From an uncultured Desulfobacteraceae bacterium (GTDB lineage: Bacteria > Desulfobacterota > Desulfobacteria > Desulfobacterales > UBA11574): a stretch of 64,000 nucleotides of DNA. Within the stretch, counting starts at the first letter, position 1. Each line of letters opens with the position of its first letter. The notes beneath the pieces were generated by a model. The model saw only the letters and a list, made by a program, of their open reading frames with translations, was not told the DNA's origin and searched no databases. This document shows positions 8,417-19,600 of this stretch, one piece after another. Position numbers and translations under genes: made by a program. The stretch is from positions 8,827 to 72,826 of the forward strand of contig CAZBOB010000001.1 of the NCBI GenBank assembly GCA_964492995.1, read 5' to 3'.

Positions 8417-9505
8417 TTATGGCAAAAGTTCCACCTGTTCGCCGGTAGGCATATCATCCTCGAAAGCCTCCTCAAGAATTAGGCCCACCCCATGGGGAGC
8501 GTAATATTTGTATTCATAGACCCCGGGGTCTACGGGGCTGTAATCCTTTGTTTTTAGAACGTCAGTATACGTTATACCCCGCACTTCAATGGACTCCACA
8601 AATTCGATAAATTCGCCAACATCCTCAGCATTTCCTAAATGAAATTCCTGACGATAGACGGTTTCTCCCGGCTCGGAACCGGGTCCTTCCGGATAGGCCC
8701 ACATCAGGATCCCCGGTTTGGCAAAGTCCCGGCCGGCTTTCCAGGAACCCTCCAGGTCTACCAGTTCTCCATCTTCATAATCGCGGGCAATCTCCCCAAA
8801 ATACCAGACATTGCCGACAAGTTCCTGAGCGTACCAGTCAAAAGTATCTTCAATAAGCGTTCTTTCGCCTTCGTCATCAATTTCCCACACCCTATCACGC
8901 ACAACAATGCAGTTGACGCCCAGAATTTCCTTGGTTTCATTTAATACCTCGACCTTGATCCTTTCTATAACAACGCCGTCTCCATCTGTTACACGATATT
9001 TGCGGACGGTCCCCGGTTCCAAGGGGAAGTATTGATTCGGCACAAAAGGACCTCCCTCAAGAACAGATTCGAAATCCACAAAATCAGCCGGATTAATTTG
9101 CGGATCGTAAGGCGCCTCTCCGAGTTCTTCGCAAAGATCGAGCCGTGCTTCTCTTTGATCCCGGCAAAGCTCTCCGGCCTCCTTGTATTCGGCTTTAGCA
9201 TCGGCCAAACATTCGGCCCGATCTTCGGTTGCGGACAAATTGCTGCAATTGCCGTTTGCTATCCAGTAATCATCCTTAATCTCATTTAGACAGGCTTTGA
9301 ATGCCGCCGCACCTGTCCATGAGCACGCCTGACACCATTTTCCTTCATGGTCGCGGTCGTTGTCTCCATGACCACCCCATGCCTGGCTGCTGCCGGCACT
9401 GACCAGAGCGGGACCCAAAACCACAACGAACATCAGCAACAAAAATACCACCGCAATTTTTAAGGTTACGTTTTTCGATTTTCCACTGACTTTTGCTGTA
9501 AACAT
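8417..9505 (-). CDS. Hypothetical exported protein (N-terminal signal/anchor, Cys-rich N-terminal region)
   Basis: 362-aa ORF with a hydrophobic N-terminus IAVVFLLLMFVVVLGPALVSA. No family recognised. Confidence 0.6.
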   Translation of the reverse strand: MFTAKVSGKSKNVTLKIAVVFLLLMFVVVLGPALVSAGSSQAWGGHGDNDRDHEGKWCQACSWTGAAAFKACLNEIKDDYWIANGNCSNLSATEDRAECLADAKAEYKEAGELCRDQREARLDLCEELGEAPYDPQINPADFVDFESVLEGGPFVPNQYFPLEPGTVRKYRVTDGDGVVIERIKVEVLNETKEILGVNCIVVRDRVWEIDDEGERTLIEDTFDWYAQELVGNVWYFGEIARDYEDGELVDLEGSWKAGRDFAKPGILMWAYPEGPGSEPGETVYRQEFHLGNAEDVGEFIEFVESIEVRGITYTDVLKTKDYSPVDPGVYEYKYYAPHGVGLILEEAFEDDMPTGEQVELLP

Positions 9506-9773
9506 AATACCCTCCTTATTTAAGTTAAAGGTTTTTAGAAATTGTCTGTATTATATAATGGAAAGTTTACGAGAAGATTATCCGAAGATTATCATTTCGT
9601 AATATTTGTGTATTTCAGTGTTAAAATAGGCTATATACGATAAAGAAAGACGGTCGTTGTAGTATGCCAACCAGGCATATGCTTAACGTGAATTTATGAA
9701 CCTAATCTTTTAAAGGGGCGAAAAAGGGCATTAAACAGTTCTTTTAGCGTAAAAATAGTAAATCTATTAAAAG

Positions 9774-11008
9774 ATGAAAAGAATGATGAAGAAACTATTG
9801 AGCTGCTTTTTGTCTTTTGTTGTTGCTGTGTTTTTGTTTTCGGGTTCTGCTCTGTGCCAGGACATGTCCAAACAAGAAATTATCAAAGAATTAAACGCCC
9901 TAAAAGAAAGGGCAAAAAGACTCGAGGAGGCTCTAATGGCTCTGGATGAAACGGAGACACCTGTTGAAGAAGAGGCTGAAGAAGAGGCTAAACATGAGAT
10001 TCAACATGGTAATGAGATGGCAACTAATGAAAACACGGAGCCTCTCGAAAAATACATGAAAGGGGTAGAACTCTCGGGAACCATTGAGGTAGAAGCTGTT
10101 TATGAACATTTTGATCCCAAAGGAGACAAAAAAGAGAATTCCAGCGATCTTACGCTAGAAACGGTTGACTTGGCTGTTGATGCCTTACTGATAGAATTAG
10201 AACCCACATCTTATTTGAGTATGAAGATGGTGAAGACATTGTTGTTGATAAAGCAATTATTCATTTCCAGGCCGAGGAAGTCTGTGTGCCTGATCTGTCT
10301 TGTAATTCTCCATGGTACGCAAGTATCGGTAGGCTAAAAATCCCATTTGGTTATTTTGAAAACCATTTTATCACTGACTTATTAACCGAAAACCTCGGGG
10401 AATCCAATGAAACGGCAGTTGTTGCAGGCATACATAACCCATTTATTAACATAGCTGCAGGTGTTTTCGACGGGGATTTGGATAAAGCCCAAAACCATGA
10501 CCATATTGAAAGTTACGTTGCCGCGGGTATATTTACCCTTCCGGAAGATATCTTACCTAATGTTGGTTTAATGACCGGCGTTTCTTATATATCCAATATT
10601 GCCGATAGCGATAATCTTACGGATTTTTTCGATGAAGAGTTTGGAACAGATACAATTGAAGACGATGTGGCCGGCTTTAGTTCGTTTCTATCGGTTTCTC
10701 TTATGGATCGATTTTTCTTTGAGGCTGAATACGTCGGTGCGGTTGAATCATTTGAAGAAGATGAAAATTTTAAGCCGAAAACATGGAATTTTCAATTTGC
10801 CTTTATACCCATCCAAGATGTTGAAGTTGCAGTTCTCTGTGGTGGAAGCTCGGATACGCTTAACTTTCTACCGGATACGCAATTTGGAATTGCTGGAATT
10901 TATGAAATCTTTAATAATACCTTTATAGGTCTTGAATATCTTTATGAAGAGTTTGAGAATGACGACAAAGTCTTCAGATTAACCACCCAGTTGGCTGTGG
11001 AATTTTAA
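9774..11008 (+). pseudogene. Porin-like outer-membrane protein (signal peptide, coiled coil, beta-barrel) interrupted by one frameshift near 10180-10200
   Basis: ORF 9774-10337 and ORF 10286-11008 are consecutive parts of one protein. The second frame is open from 10181 and reads ...THILFEYEDGEDIVVDKAIIHFQAEEV..., continuing the alternating beta-strand pattern. The C-terminus ends ...QLAVEF. A sequencing error cannot be excluded. Confidence 0.6.
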
Positions 11009-11565
11009 ATAGGGATTCCTTTTTTGATCATCTTTTAGTTGGTATTTTCATAACTAAAGCTTAACTCAGAATCAGTTCAAATTAATTCCGGGTTTCACGA
11101 AACTGCGATTTCCGAAAATTGATTTTTTTTTGAAATCACAAAAATTATAGATATCTTACCTGTCACCGGATCCATCCAAACATTTGTTTTACAAATATCT
11201 GCTTGCGCTCCCGAAAACCAGAACCGTATTGAATACCATCCACACGCTCTACGGTCATGATTACAGTGTCAAAATCCTCGCTACCTTGTCATAGAGCATG
11301 AACGGCCCGCTTAGATCCGGAATGGATCAAAAACGTCGATATGTGGTTTTTTTATTTTTCATAAAAAGATTGACAATACCACTTTGTGGCATTAGCTTTA
11401 TCTTAATTTCATCGGGATCGTTTTATACTTATGTAACTTCATATAAAATTTACGTTTACATTAAGTATCCCTGAACATCGAAATGCAGATAGTCCGGCTC
11501 AGGGTAAACATAGAAAACGAATCGGATGACAACCACTAATTATAACATAGAAAAGGAGAAGAACC

Positions 11566-11787
11566 ATGTCATATACTTGTAATAATTGCGGAGCAGTTGC
11601 AAACGAACCGGGACATTTGTGCAATCCCTGCGGAGACAAGTCCAATTGTAGTTTTTGCGGGATTTTTAACATCGATACCACCCATATGTGCAGTGATAAA
11701 CTGGCAGCCATGAAATATGTATGTGAGGGATGTGGCCGCGTGGCCATGGAAGAAGGCCATCTGTGCAAGCCGTCAGCTATCGAATGA
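11566..11787 (+). CDS. Small Cys/His-rich protein (73 aa, 10 Cys) with an internal duplicated motif
   Basis: AGGAG 7 nt upstream. Two copies of Y-x-C-x-x-CG-x-VA-x-E-x-GHLC-x-P (YTCNNCGAVANEPGHLCNP and YVCEGCGRVAMEEGHLCKP), plus CGDKSNCSFCG. Confidence 0.6.
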   Translation: MSYTCNNCGAVANEPGHLCNPCGDKSNCSFCGIFNIDTTHMCSDKLAAMKYVCEGCGRVAMEEGHLCKPSAIE

Positions 11788-11968
11788 TCGGTGAGAAAAC
11801 GATTGCACCCCGGCAATTGTGCAGACACAAGTTTTCAGATGAACATCAATTTATACCGGGGATATGAATTCAGTCCTCAGAACACTGTTTAATGTTATTG
11901 TTCTTAGGAAATGGGTAAATGATTTGATGTGTAAATCTGAATCTGTTTTTTTGAAAGGAGGCAACACC

Positions 11969-12391
11969 ATGAAAGATATGGGAAGTTTACATTTGAAAGT
12001 GCAGGAACTCTGTGATTGCTTTGCAACCACAGATCCACTCAAAGAAATGTCCGACGTTAAAGATGATACAGATAAGAATGAAGCCGCGTTAAAATGGCTG
12101 GCATTAGCTGCTTTGCACGGTGTCAATAACAACGCCGAAAAAATTTCCATCACAAGATCAGATAATGGAAATGTAACGGTAACTGCTGAATACCGTAAAA
12201 AAGACCTCCCATCTCCGGGTTCCGATGTCGCTGAAAAGATTTTCGAGGCGGTGACCGGAATTACTCATATCGAGGGGGATAAAGGAAAAACCCCGTTGGC
12301 ATTAGGTATTCGGGACAGCAGTATTGATCTTGGAATAAAAATGAAAACAAAGGATGGCGGCAAAAAAATAACCATAAAATTTCCGGAATAA
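11969..12391 (+). CDS. Hypothetical 140-aa protein
   Basis: AGGAGG 7 nt upstream of the internal ATG at 11969 in track ORF 11864-12391. No family recognised. Confidence 0.5.
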   Translation: MKDMGSLHLKVQELCDCFATTDPLKEMSDVKDDTDKNEAALKWLALAALHGVNNNAEKISITRSDNGNVTVTAEYRKKDLPSPGSDVAEKIFEAVTGITHIEGDKGKTPLALGIRDSSIDLGIKMKTKDGGKKITIKFPE

Positions 12392-12486
12392 TTTTAATGA
12401 ATTCGTGAAAAGACCTTTTTTGAAATTTTACAAGACGATCAAACTTACGATAAACTTTTTTGAAAAATATTGTAAATGGGCCTATT

Positions 12487-12702
12487 ATGAAACCAGCAAA
12501 ACAAAAAATAATGATAGATCTTGAAAAACTCAACAGTTTAAATGCAGAAGGATGCCCTGCATGTAAAAGAAAGTTCACCCTCGGAGAAATGGTTGTTCTT
12601 GCATGCGGGCCATGGCAGGGAGCAAAATATATCCATGAAAATGAAGCGGTTTTTGATAAAACAACTTCAGCGTATTTTGAACGTAAGTGTTACCCTAATT
12701 GA
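12487..12702 (+). CDS. Hypothetical 71-aa protein with CPAC motif
   Basis: ORF only. The first ATG of track ORF 12460-12702 is at 12487 (the 12460 start is TTG). Translation EGCPACKRKF...LACGPW. Confidence 0.35.
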   Translation: MKPAKQKIMIDLEKLNSLNAEGCPACKRKFTLGEMVVLACGPWQGAKYIHENEAVFDKTTSAYFERKCYPN

Positions 12703-12930
12703 TCGTAAACAAAATGGGAAAAATATTTTAGTAGACGACGGAGGTTTATCCCGCATTATCAAGCGGTGCTTCGCCCTTGATGCCTCGAATCTGAGGCATC
12801 CTCGACTTTCGCTCATTTAGGGTGTTACCCTATCTGATCCGGGAAAAAACCAAAAAAACCGTGGCATCAAAACGATAATCCAAGCTTTTCAGTCTTACAA
12901 GGATTAGATCCTGATCATAGACACTTACTG

Positions 12931-13071
12931 GTGTCCATCCATAAATGGTAGATTTTGGTTTCCGGCAAGGCCCGAGCGAGTTTTCAACCACAGGCATAGC
13001 GCGCTATTTCGAGGATTGAAAACGAGCGAGAACGCCGCCGGGGGCCGAAAGATGCCATTTATGGATGGACA
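12931..13071 (-). repeat. Long-hairpin repeat, arm family C, copy C1 (ends GTGTCCATCCATAAATGG...CCATTTATGGATGGACA)
   Basis: Imperfect palindrome of about 140 bp. It is the reverse complement of 29515-29656. Ends 5 nt from the acnA stop codon. Confidence 0.9.
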
Positions 13072-13076
13072 ACTGG

Positions 13077-15824
13077 TTAATTATTTTGAAGAACCTTCCG
13101 TAGCACACATTGCAGAATGCCGCCGTTTTCAAAGTACTCAACATCCACATCCGTATCCAGCCGTGAAATCACTTCAAAATCTATGGTTTTTCCGTCTTCT
13201 GCTACGGCGGTGACCTGTAATACTTTTCGTGGGCTCATATCTTGGATTCCGTTGATATAAAACGTTTCAGAACCCGTTAATCCCAGGCTTTCCAAATTCT
13301 CATTCTCTTTAAACACCAATGGCAGTACGCCCATGCCAACCAGATTGCTCCGGTGAATCCGCTCAAAAGATTCGGCAATCACCGCTTTTATTCCCAAAAG
13401 GATCGTTCCTTTTGCGGCCCAGTCTCTGGAAGACCCGGTTCCGTATTCCTTGCCTCCCAACACAATCAGTGGCCTGGATTCACCCATATATTCTAGGGCG
13501 GCGTCATGGACAAACATCTCTTTTTTAGCGGGAAATTTTACGGTAAAACTGCCTTCCTTAGGCGCAACCAGCTTGTTTTTGATGCGAATATTTCCGAACG
13601 TTCCCCGAATCATCACTTCGTGATTTCCTCTGCGAGAGCCATAGGAATTAAACTCTGCGGGAAGCACGTGATTTGCCATCAGGTAGCGGCCGGCCGGATA
13701 ATCTTCGGGTATGGCTCCGGCCGGAGAAATATGGTCCGTGGTCACCGAATCTCCCAATACTAAAAGCACACCGGCTTTTTCTATATCCGATGTCCTGGCC
13801 TGATCGAGGGTGAAATTTTCAAAATACGGCGGCTTTTTAATATAGGTGGACTGTTCATCCCAGTCAAAGGTGGTGCTTTCTGTAACTTCCAGGGCTTGCC
13901 AGAATTCGTCCCCGTCAAAAATTTTGGCGTACTCACTTTCAAAAAACTCTTTATGAACATGCGTGTGAACCCGGCTTTGGATTTCCGCGTTGGTTGGCCA
14001 GATATCCGAAAGATAGACGGGTTGGCCGCCGGAATCGGTCCCAAGCGGTTCCACGGTCAAATCGATATCCACCCTTCCGACCAGCGCCAGCGCAACCACA
14101 AGCAACGGTGATGCTAAAAAATTTGACCGGATACTCTGATGGATTCTAGCCTCGAAATTTCGGTTTCCTGACAGCACCGAGGCTACAGTCAGGTCATTTT
14201 CAGAAATCGCTCTCTCAATCTCTGGATGCAGGGGACCACTGTTTCCGATACAGGTGGTGCACCCGAAGGCTGCCAGATGAAAACCCAGGGCCTCGAGATA
14301 AGGCATCAAGCCGGCGTCTTTAAGATACCGAATGACCACTTTGGAGCCCGGCGCCAGAGAAGTCTTGACATGCGGAGGGACTTTTAATCCTTTGGTCACA
14401 GCTTTTTGGGCCAACAGTCCCGCTCCTATCAGGACAAAAGGGTTTGAAGTGTTTGTGCATGAAGTTATGGCGGCGACCACAATGCTCCCGTGGCCGATTG
14501 TGGCCGATTTTCCATCAAGATTCACCGGATACCTCCCGGCGTCAGTTATCTTGCAAAAGGGTGTCCTGACCGTCAGGCAACCGGATTCGTCGTGGAATGT
14601 GGAGATGCAGGCCAGATCCGCGTTTCGATCATAGTTACCCTCCAGTACCTTGGCAAAGTTACCTTTAAGATCCTTTAGCTCGATCCTGTCCTGGGGTCGG
14701 GCCGGACCCGCAACTGAGGGTTGTATCGAGGAAAGGTCGAGTTCGAGAACTTCAGTGTAATCCGGTTCTTCCTGCCCGGTATAAAATAAACCCACGGCCC
14801 GGGTATAGATATCAACCAGATCGGCCTGTTTTTTCCGATGGGTCAGGTGAAGGTATTCTATGGTCTTTTCGTCCACCGGAAAAAACCCCACGGTGGCACC
14901 GTATTCCGGCGTCATGTTGGCGATGGTAGCCCGGTCGGGAACCGACAGTTTCTTCATTCCGGGACCAAAATATTCGACGAATTTTTCCACAACATTGTGT
15001 TTTCTGAGCAGTTCGGTCACCACCAGCACCAGATCGGTTGCCGTGATTCCTTCTTTCAACTGCCCGACCATCTTTACACCGATCACTTGAGGAATGGACA
15101 TATAATATGGCTGTCCGAGCATGACGGCCTCAGCCTCTATGCCGCCAACACCCCAGCCCATTACGCCGATGGCGTCAATCATGGTTGTATGTGAGTCGGT
15201 GCCCACCAGAGTGTCCGGATAGGCCATGGATTTGCCGTCGATTGATTCGACCATGACCACCTGCCCCAGATATTCAAGATTTACCTGGTGGCAGATTCCG
15301 GAATTCGGAGGAACCACCCGAAAATTGTTAAAACTCTTCTGAGCCCATTTCAAGAGCGCGTATCTTTCCCGATTCCGTTCATATTCCTTGGCCACATTTT
15401 TTTGTAACGCGTCCCGGGTGCCAAAATAATCAACCTGAACGGAATGGTCGATGATCAAATCGACCGGTACCAGCGGGTTGATTTTCATGGGATCGCCGCC
15501 GAGATCTTTTACGGCGTCCCGCATGGCGGCAAGATCCACCACCGCGGGAACACCGGTAAAATCCTGCATCAAAACCCGTGCCGGATGAAAAGGTATTTCC
15601 ACCGGTTCGTCATATCGTTTTTTCCACCCGGCGATCTTGAGCACATCCTCTTTTCTGACAATACGGCCATCCAGTTTCCTTAACAGATTTTCAACAAGAA
15701 TCCTGATAGAAAATGGCAGCTTATTTATATCTGAAATGCCTTTTTCCTGAAGCAGGCTGATGTCTGCAATATCATACGGCCTGTTGTTTACCTTGATCTG
15801 GCGGATAAATTCCTGTCTTTGCAT
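13077..15824 (-). CDS. acnA: Aconitate hydratase A
   Basis: 915 aa. Aconitase/IRP-type motifs throughout: PARVLMQDFTGVPAVVDLAAMR, GTDSHTT, ITSCTNTSNP, GCTTCIGNSG, SGNRNFEGR. Confidence 0.95.
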   Translation of the reverse strand: MQRQEFIRQIKVNNRPYDIADISLLQEKGISDINKLPFSIRILVENLLRKLDGRIVRKEDVLKIAGWKKRYDEPVEIPFHPARVLMQDFTGVPAVVDLAAMRDAVKDLGGDPMKINPLVPVDLIIDHSVQVDYFGTRDALQKNVAKEYERNRERYALLKWAQKSFNNFRVVPPNSGICHQVNLEYLGQVVMVESIDGKSMAYPDTLVGTDSHTTMIDAIGVMGWGVGGIEAEAVMLGQPYYMSIPQVIGVKMVGQLKEGITATDLVLVVTELLRKHNVVEKFVEYFGPGMKKLSVPDRATIANMTPEYGATVGFFPVDEKTIEYLHLTHRKKQADLVDIYTRAVGLFYTGQEEPDYTEVLELDLSSIQPSVAGPARPQDRIELKDLKGNFAKVLEGNYDRNADLACISTFHDESGCLTVRTPFCKITDAGRYPVNLDGKSATIGHGSIVVAAITSCTNTSNPFVLIGAGLLAQKAVTKGLKVPPHVKTSLAPGSKVVIRYLKDAGLMPYLEALGFHLAAFGCTTCIGNSGPLHPEIERAISENDLTVASVLSGNRNFEARIHQSIRSNFLASPLLVVALALVGRVDIDLTVEPLGTDSGGQPVYLSDIWPTNAEIQSRVHTHVHKEFFESEYAKIFDGDEFWQALEVTESTTFDWDEQSTYIKKPPYFENFTLDQARTSDIEKAGVLLVLGDSVTTDHISPAGAIPEDYPAGRYLMANHVLPAEFNSYGSRRGNHEVMIRGTFGNIRIKNKLVAPKEGSFTVKFPAKKEMFVHDAALEYMGESRPLIVLGGKEYGTGSSRDWAAKGTILLGIKAVIAESFERIHRSNLVGMGVLPLVFKENENLESLGLTGSETFYINGIQDMSPRKVLQVTAVAEDGKTIDFEVISRLDTDVDVEYFENGGILQCVLRKVLQNN

Positions 15825-16669
15825 AGCGTCCTCTCCAGTAAATAATCGGGCCCGGACGGCCCGGCGTTTATTTGCCCCTCGACAAACTGCAGGTTTTCAC
15901 GGCGTACCTTCTTTAAAAGAAGCTAATCCCAGCAACCGAACCGCAACTTCCGGGTCAATTCGGTAGCGGCTGCCAAGCCCTTGAAAAAAATGGTGTCTTT
16001 CAATAAGGGCGATCCCCAGTTGAGTGATTATCATTTGTTGACCGGTTTCTTTTTCACGGACTACGGCCCCCTTTTCAAACACACCATCCGTCGGTTTTCG
16101 GCATAGCTGAGCGCATCGCTCTGATTGTTCAGGCATCGGTGCTGTTTTTACTTCAATCAAATGATAATGACAAGAATTTGCTTTTTTGAGTTCGGTCTAT
16201 TGAATAACAAAACTTGTGGTTTTGGCCCTGTGGTATAATAAAAAAAGCCAGAGGCTTATGAATACGGGCTTGGATGACAATATTTATTTAAGCATTGTCA
16301 TGATTAAAAGTCAACCTTCGGGTTTTGCCTTTTAAGCCCAAGACTTACAAGATCATCGTAACAACACCTTTATCAATTCAAAACGCACTGTGGGAAGGAA
16401 GGACCTGATGGTAAATCCCGTCAAATTTTCAAGCCTTTCTTCCCTAAATCTCACATGGCAAACCATGCCGAAATTTTAATCGTCATAACAAGATCACAAC
16501 CTGTATTCTTTCCATGTTGGCAATAGCGAATGTAATGTGTTACCTTAATAGACATTGAAAAAGGACGTAAACAAAATGGCGATTAATTGAAAAAATAAAT
16601 TTATCCTTTGTGTCTCTGTGCCTTCGTGGCATTTTTTTTATCATTGTTTGTGAGCGATAAACGGTCATT

Positions 16670-19600
16670 ATGAAATTTTTTAAATGGAGTCTTATTGGTG
16701 TCGTCGCGGTTATTGCTGTTTTCTTGTTTTTATTAATAGGTGTAGAGCGTTACCTCAATACAGACAGGGCACAGCAACAGCTTCAGGCAAAGGTGAATCA
16801 GGCCATTCCCGGTACAATAACGTGGTCCAAGAGCCGCCTTTGGGTTTGGAGGGGTGAGGTTGAATTGCACAATGTGCTGCTCAGCGCACCCACAAATGAT
16901 AAATTGCTTGAATTGAACCGTATTTTACTGCGTATATCCTGGATTCGGCTTCTCAAAGGGGAATTATGCGTTAAAAACTTGTTTTTGGAAAAACCCCAAA
17001 TAGATCTGGTGATGGATCGATTGGGCAACTTCAATCTCGTTCAAGCCCTTTACACCCCTAAAAAAAGTGAATCAAAACCAGTGCATTCAGGTTTTCCGTT
17101 GAATATTGTGATAGGGGAACTTAAGGTGCTGAACGGTTTCTTTGAATACAAAACAAAAGAAGCCATTGCCGATAAACAAAAGAACCGGATGGTGTTTCAA
17201 AACGTTAACCTGACCATCAGGGATGGGGATCTTTTAAAACAAAAAGCTCGCCTTGTCTGTGAAATTCATGGCGGAAATATTGCCGGGACAAGGATTGACC
17301 GAATTCACTTAAGCTGCCATCTCAAAGACAGATGCCTGACCATCAATGATTTAAGCTTATATACATTTGCAGGCAGATTTGATCTGAAGGGCCAGGTGGA
17401 CTTTAAAAATGCCTTTGCCAACGGATTTACCTCGCACCATCCTGACTGGGATGCCATATCCTATGAACTGTCCATGCGCCAGGAAGACACATTGCTCGAT
17501 ACTATGTCCTTCAAGGGATCACGCTTAAAAGGATCCATAAATTCTTTAATTAAGCTTAAGGGAACGGGAATTGATCCAAAGACGCTCACCGCTGAAACCT
17601 CTCTGGAACTATTTGCAAGCAAATTGTCCGCCGGGGAGGCATCTTCACCCGTTGACGTACACGTAAACGCACAGGCAAGCATGGAAAAGGGGCGTGTTAG
17701 GATTCAGCAGCTTGACGCCCGGGCAGGCAGGACTCACCTTAAGGTGACCGGCGATTATGACATTTCTTCCCTTAAGGTCGCGGCTAATTTTAAATTGGAG
17801 TCCCCCGACCTGACTGAAGTACTGCCACCGTTGGGAATGAACGCATTGGGGAAGATGAATATCCAGGGCAACGTATCCGGAACGGTCACCGCGCCGGTTG
17901 TGGTTGCCCAATTACGGGGGGAAAATTTAGAATTTAATCAGGTAAAAATCGGCAATGCGGATGCAAAAATCCAACTTTCTGAAGGCATGCTTTCGGTGGA
18001 CCATGGAAAAATTCGCAACCACAATTCATTACTCGATATTTCCGGTACCGCCCGGATACGTGATCCCATAACGCATCATATTTTTGAAACCCCTTTTTTA
18101 GACATTACAGTGACGGGAGATGCGCTGTTTATAGAAGATTTTATCGAGGGGATGAAGGGCAAATTCGTTCTGAACGGCCATATCTTTGGGCACGCAGCAC
18201 GCCCCCGGGGAAACTTGAATCTTAAAGGAGAACATATCCACTTCTACACCCAGAAAGTTCAGGGTATTCACCTAATATCAGATCTCGACGGTGATCGACT
18301 CAATTTGGACCCTTTTGAGCTCGTGATTGCGCCTGGTGAGAAAATCCGGGTCCATGGTTGGATTTCTTTAAATAAAAATTACCACTTACGACTTTCCTCC
18401 GAGGGCATTTCCCTCAAGAATGTCACATGGCTTCAATTGGGAGACGTTGATACCGGCAAGATTTCCTTTACGTTCCAAGGACAGGGAGATTTTGAAAATC
18501 CTCAGATCACGGGAGAGGTGCTTCTGAATGAGTTGCGATTCAATAACCAACCACTGGAAGACGAACGGTTCAAAATTGAAGTTGCGGACCGGACAGCATA
18601 TATTTCAGGGGGTCAGAACTTTGCTTTGGATGCCACTTATCACCTGCAGACCCAAGCTTTTTCAGCATCCGCCGGGTTTGGCAACACCAATTTGACCCCT
18701 TATTTAAAAATTTTCGGACAAAGCAAGCTGAATGGTTTCATGACCGGAAAAATCCAAGTCAATGGCAATGCCAAAACACCGGATCAGTTAAAAGGCTCAG
18801 CCGATATTTCTCGGATTGAGATTTTTTCGAATCAAACAGAATTGATCCGATCCCGAGACTTCAAGGCTTTTTTAAAGCATGGTGAAATTTCGATTCCCGG
18901 TGCCCGCCTGAACCTGCTTGAACGGGGTGTTGTGGAAATTAAAGGTAACGGCACACTGAATGGCGACCTTGATATTAAAGCCCATGGTACCATTCCTTTG
19001 GAAATAATATCGCTTCTTACAGATGTTTTCCCCAATGCCGCCGGTGAAGTGCGCATTTCTCTCGGCGTGAACGGAAACCTGTCGCAGCCGGACTTGCGTG
19101 CCGATGCTGAAATTATAAATTGCGGCATGACGGTTCCCGTCCTTTTACAACGGATGCACGATCTGAACGGCAGTATTCATGTAACCCCCGAAGTTATTGT
19201 TCTGGATAACATCCGGGGAATGCTGGACACCGGTGGTTTTGAACTGTTTGGCGCCATTGATCTTAAGGCAAATCGACCCTCAAGGGTGGCGCTCAAATTA
19301 AAAGCCCATGACCTTCCTCTTTTGATTCCTGACACCTTGGAAACCCGTTTGAACACCGAACTGGATATCAAGGGCACATCTGAAAAATCCCTGGTCTCGG
19401 GATACATTCAAATGATTGAGGGAAAGTATTATAAAGATATACGGCTAAATCTTATGGAAAGCCTCGGTAAAAAATCCCGCGAGGAAGCCCTGGTAGCACC
19501 TGAGATCCCCTGGCCTTTTTTGAAAAACATGGCCCTTGATATTACAACCCGTTACAGAGAACCTTTTGTCGTAGATAATAATGTAGCCTTATTGGCCCTC

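Noticed and set aside
12542-12820. A 92-aa plus-strand ORF overlapping the 12487-12702 ORF in another frame.
   Set aside because: It is internal to, and out of frame with, an equally weak candidate, and it runs into a hairpin-rich non-coding tail. There is no support for it.
15897-16160. An 87-aa minus-strand ORF between acnA and tamB.
   Set aside because: It has a TTG start, no Shine-Dalgarno sequence, and no recognisable motif. It cannot be supported as a gene.
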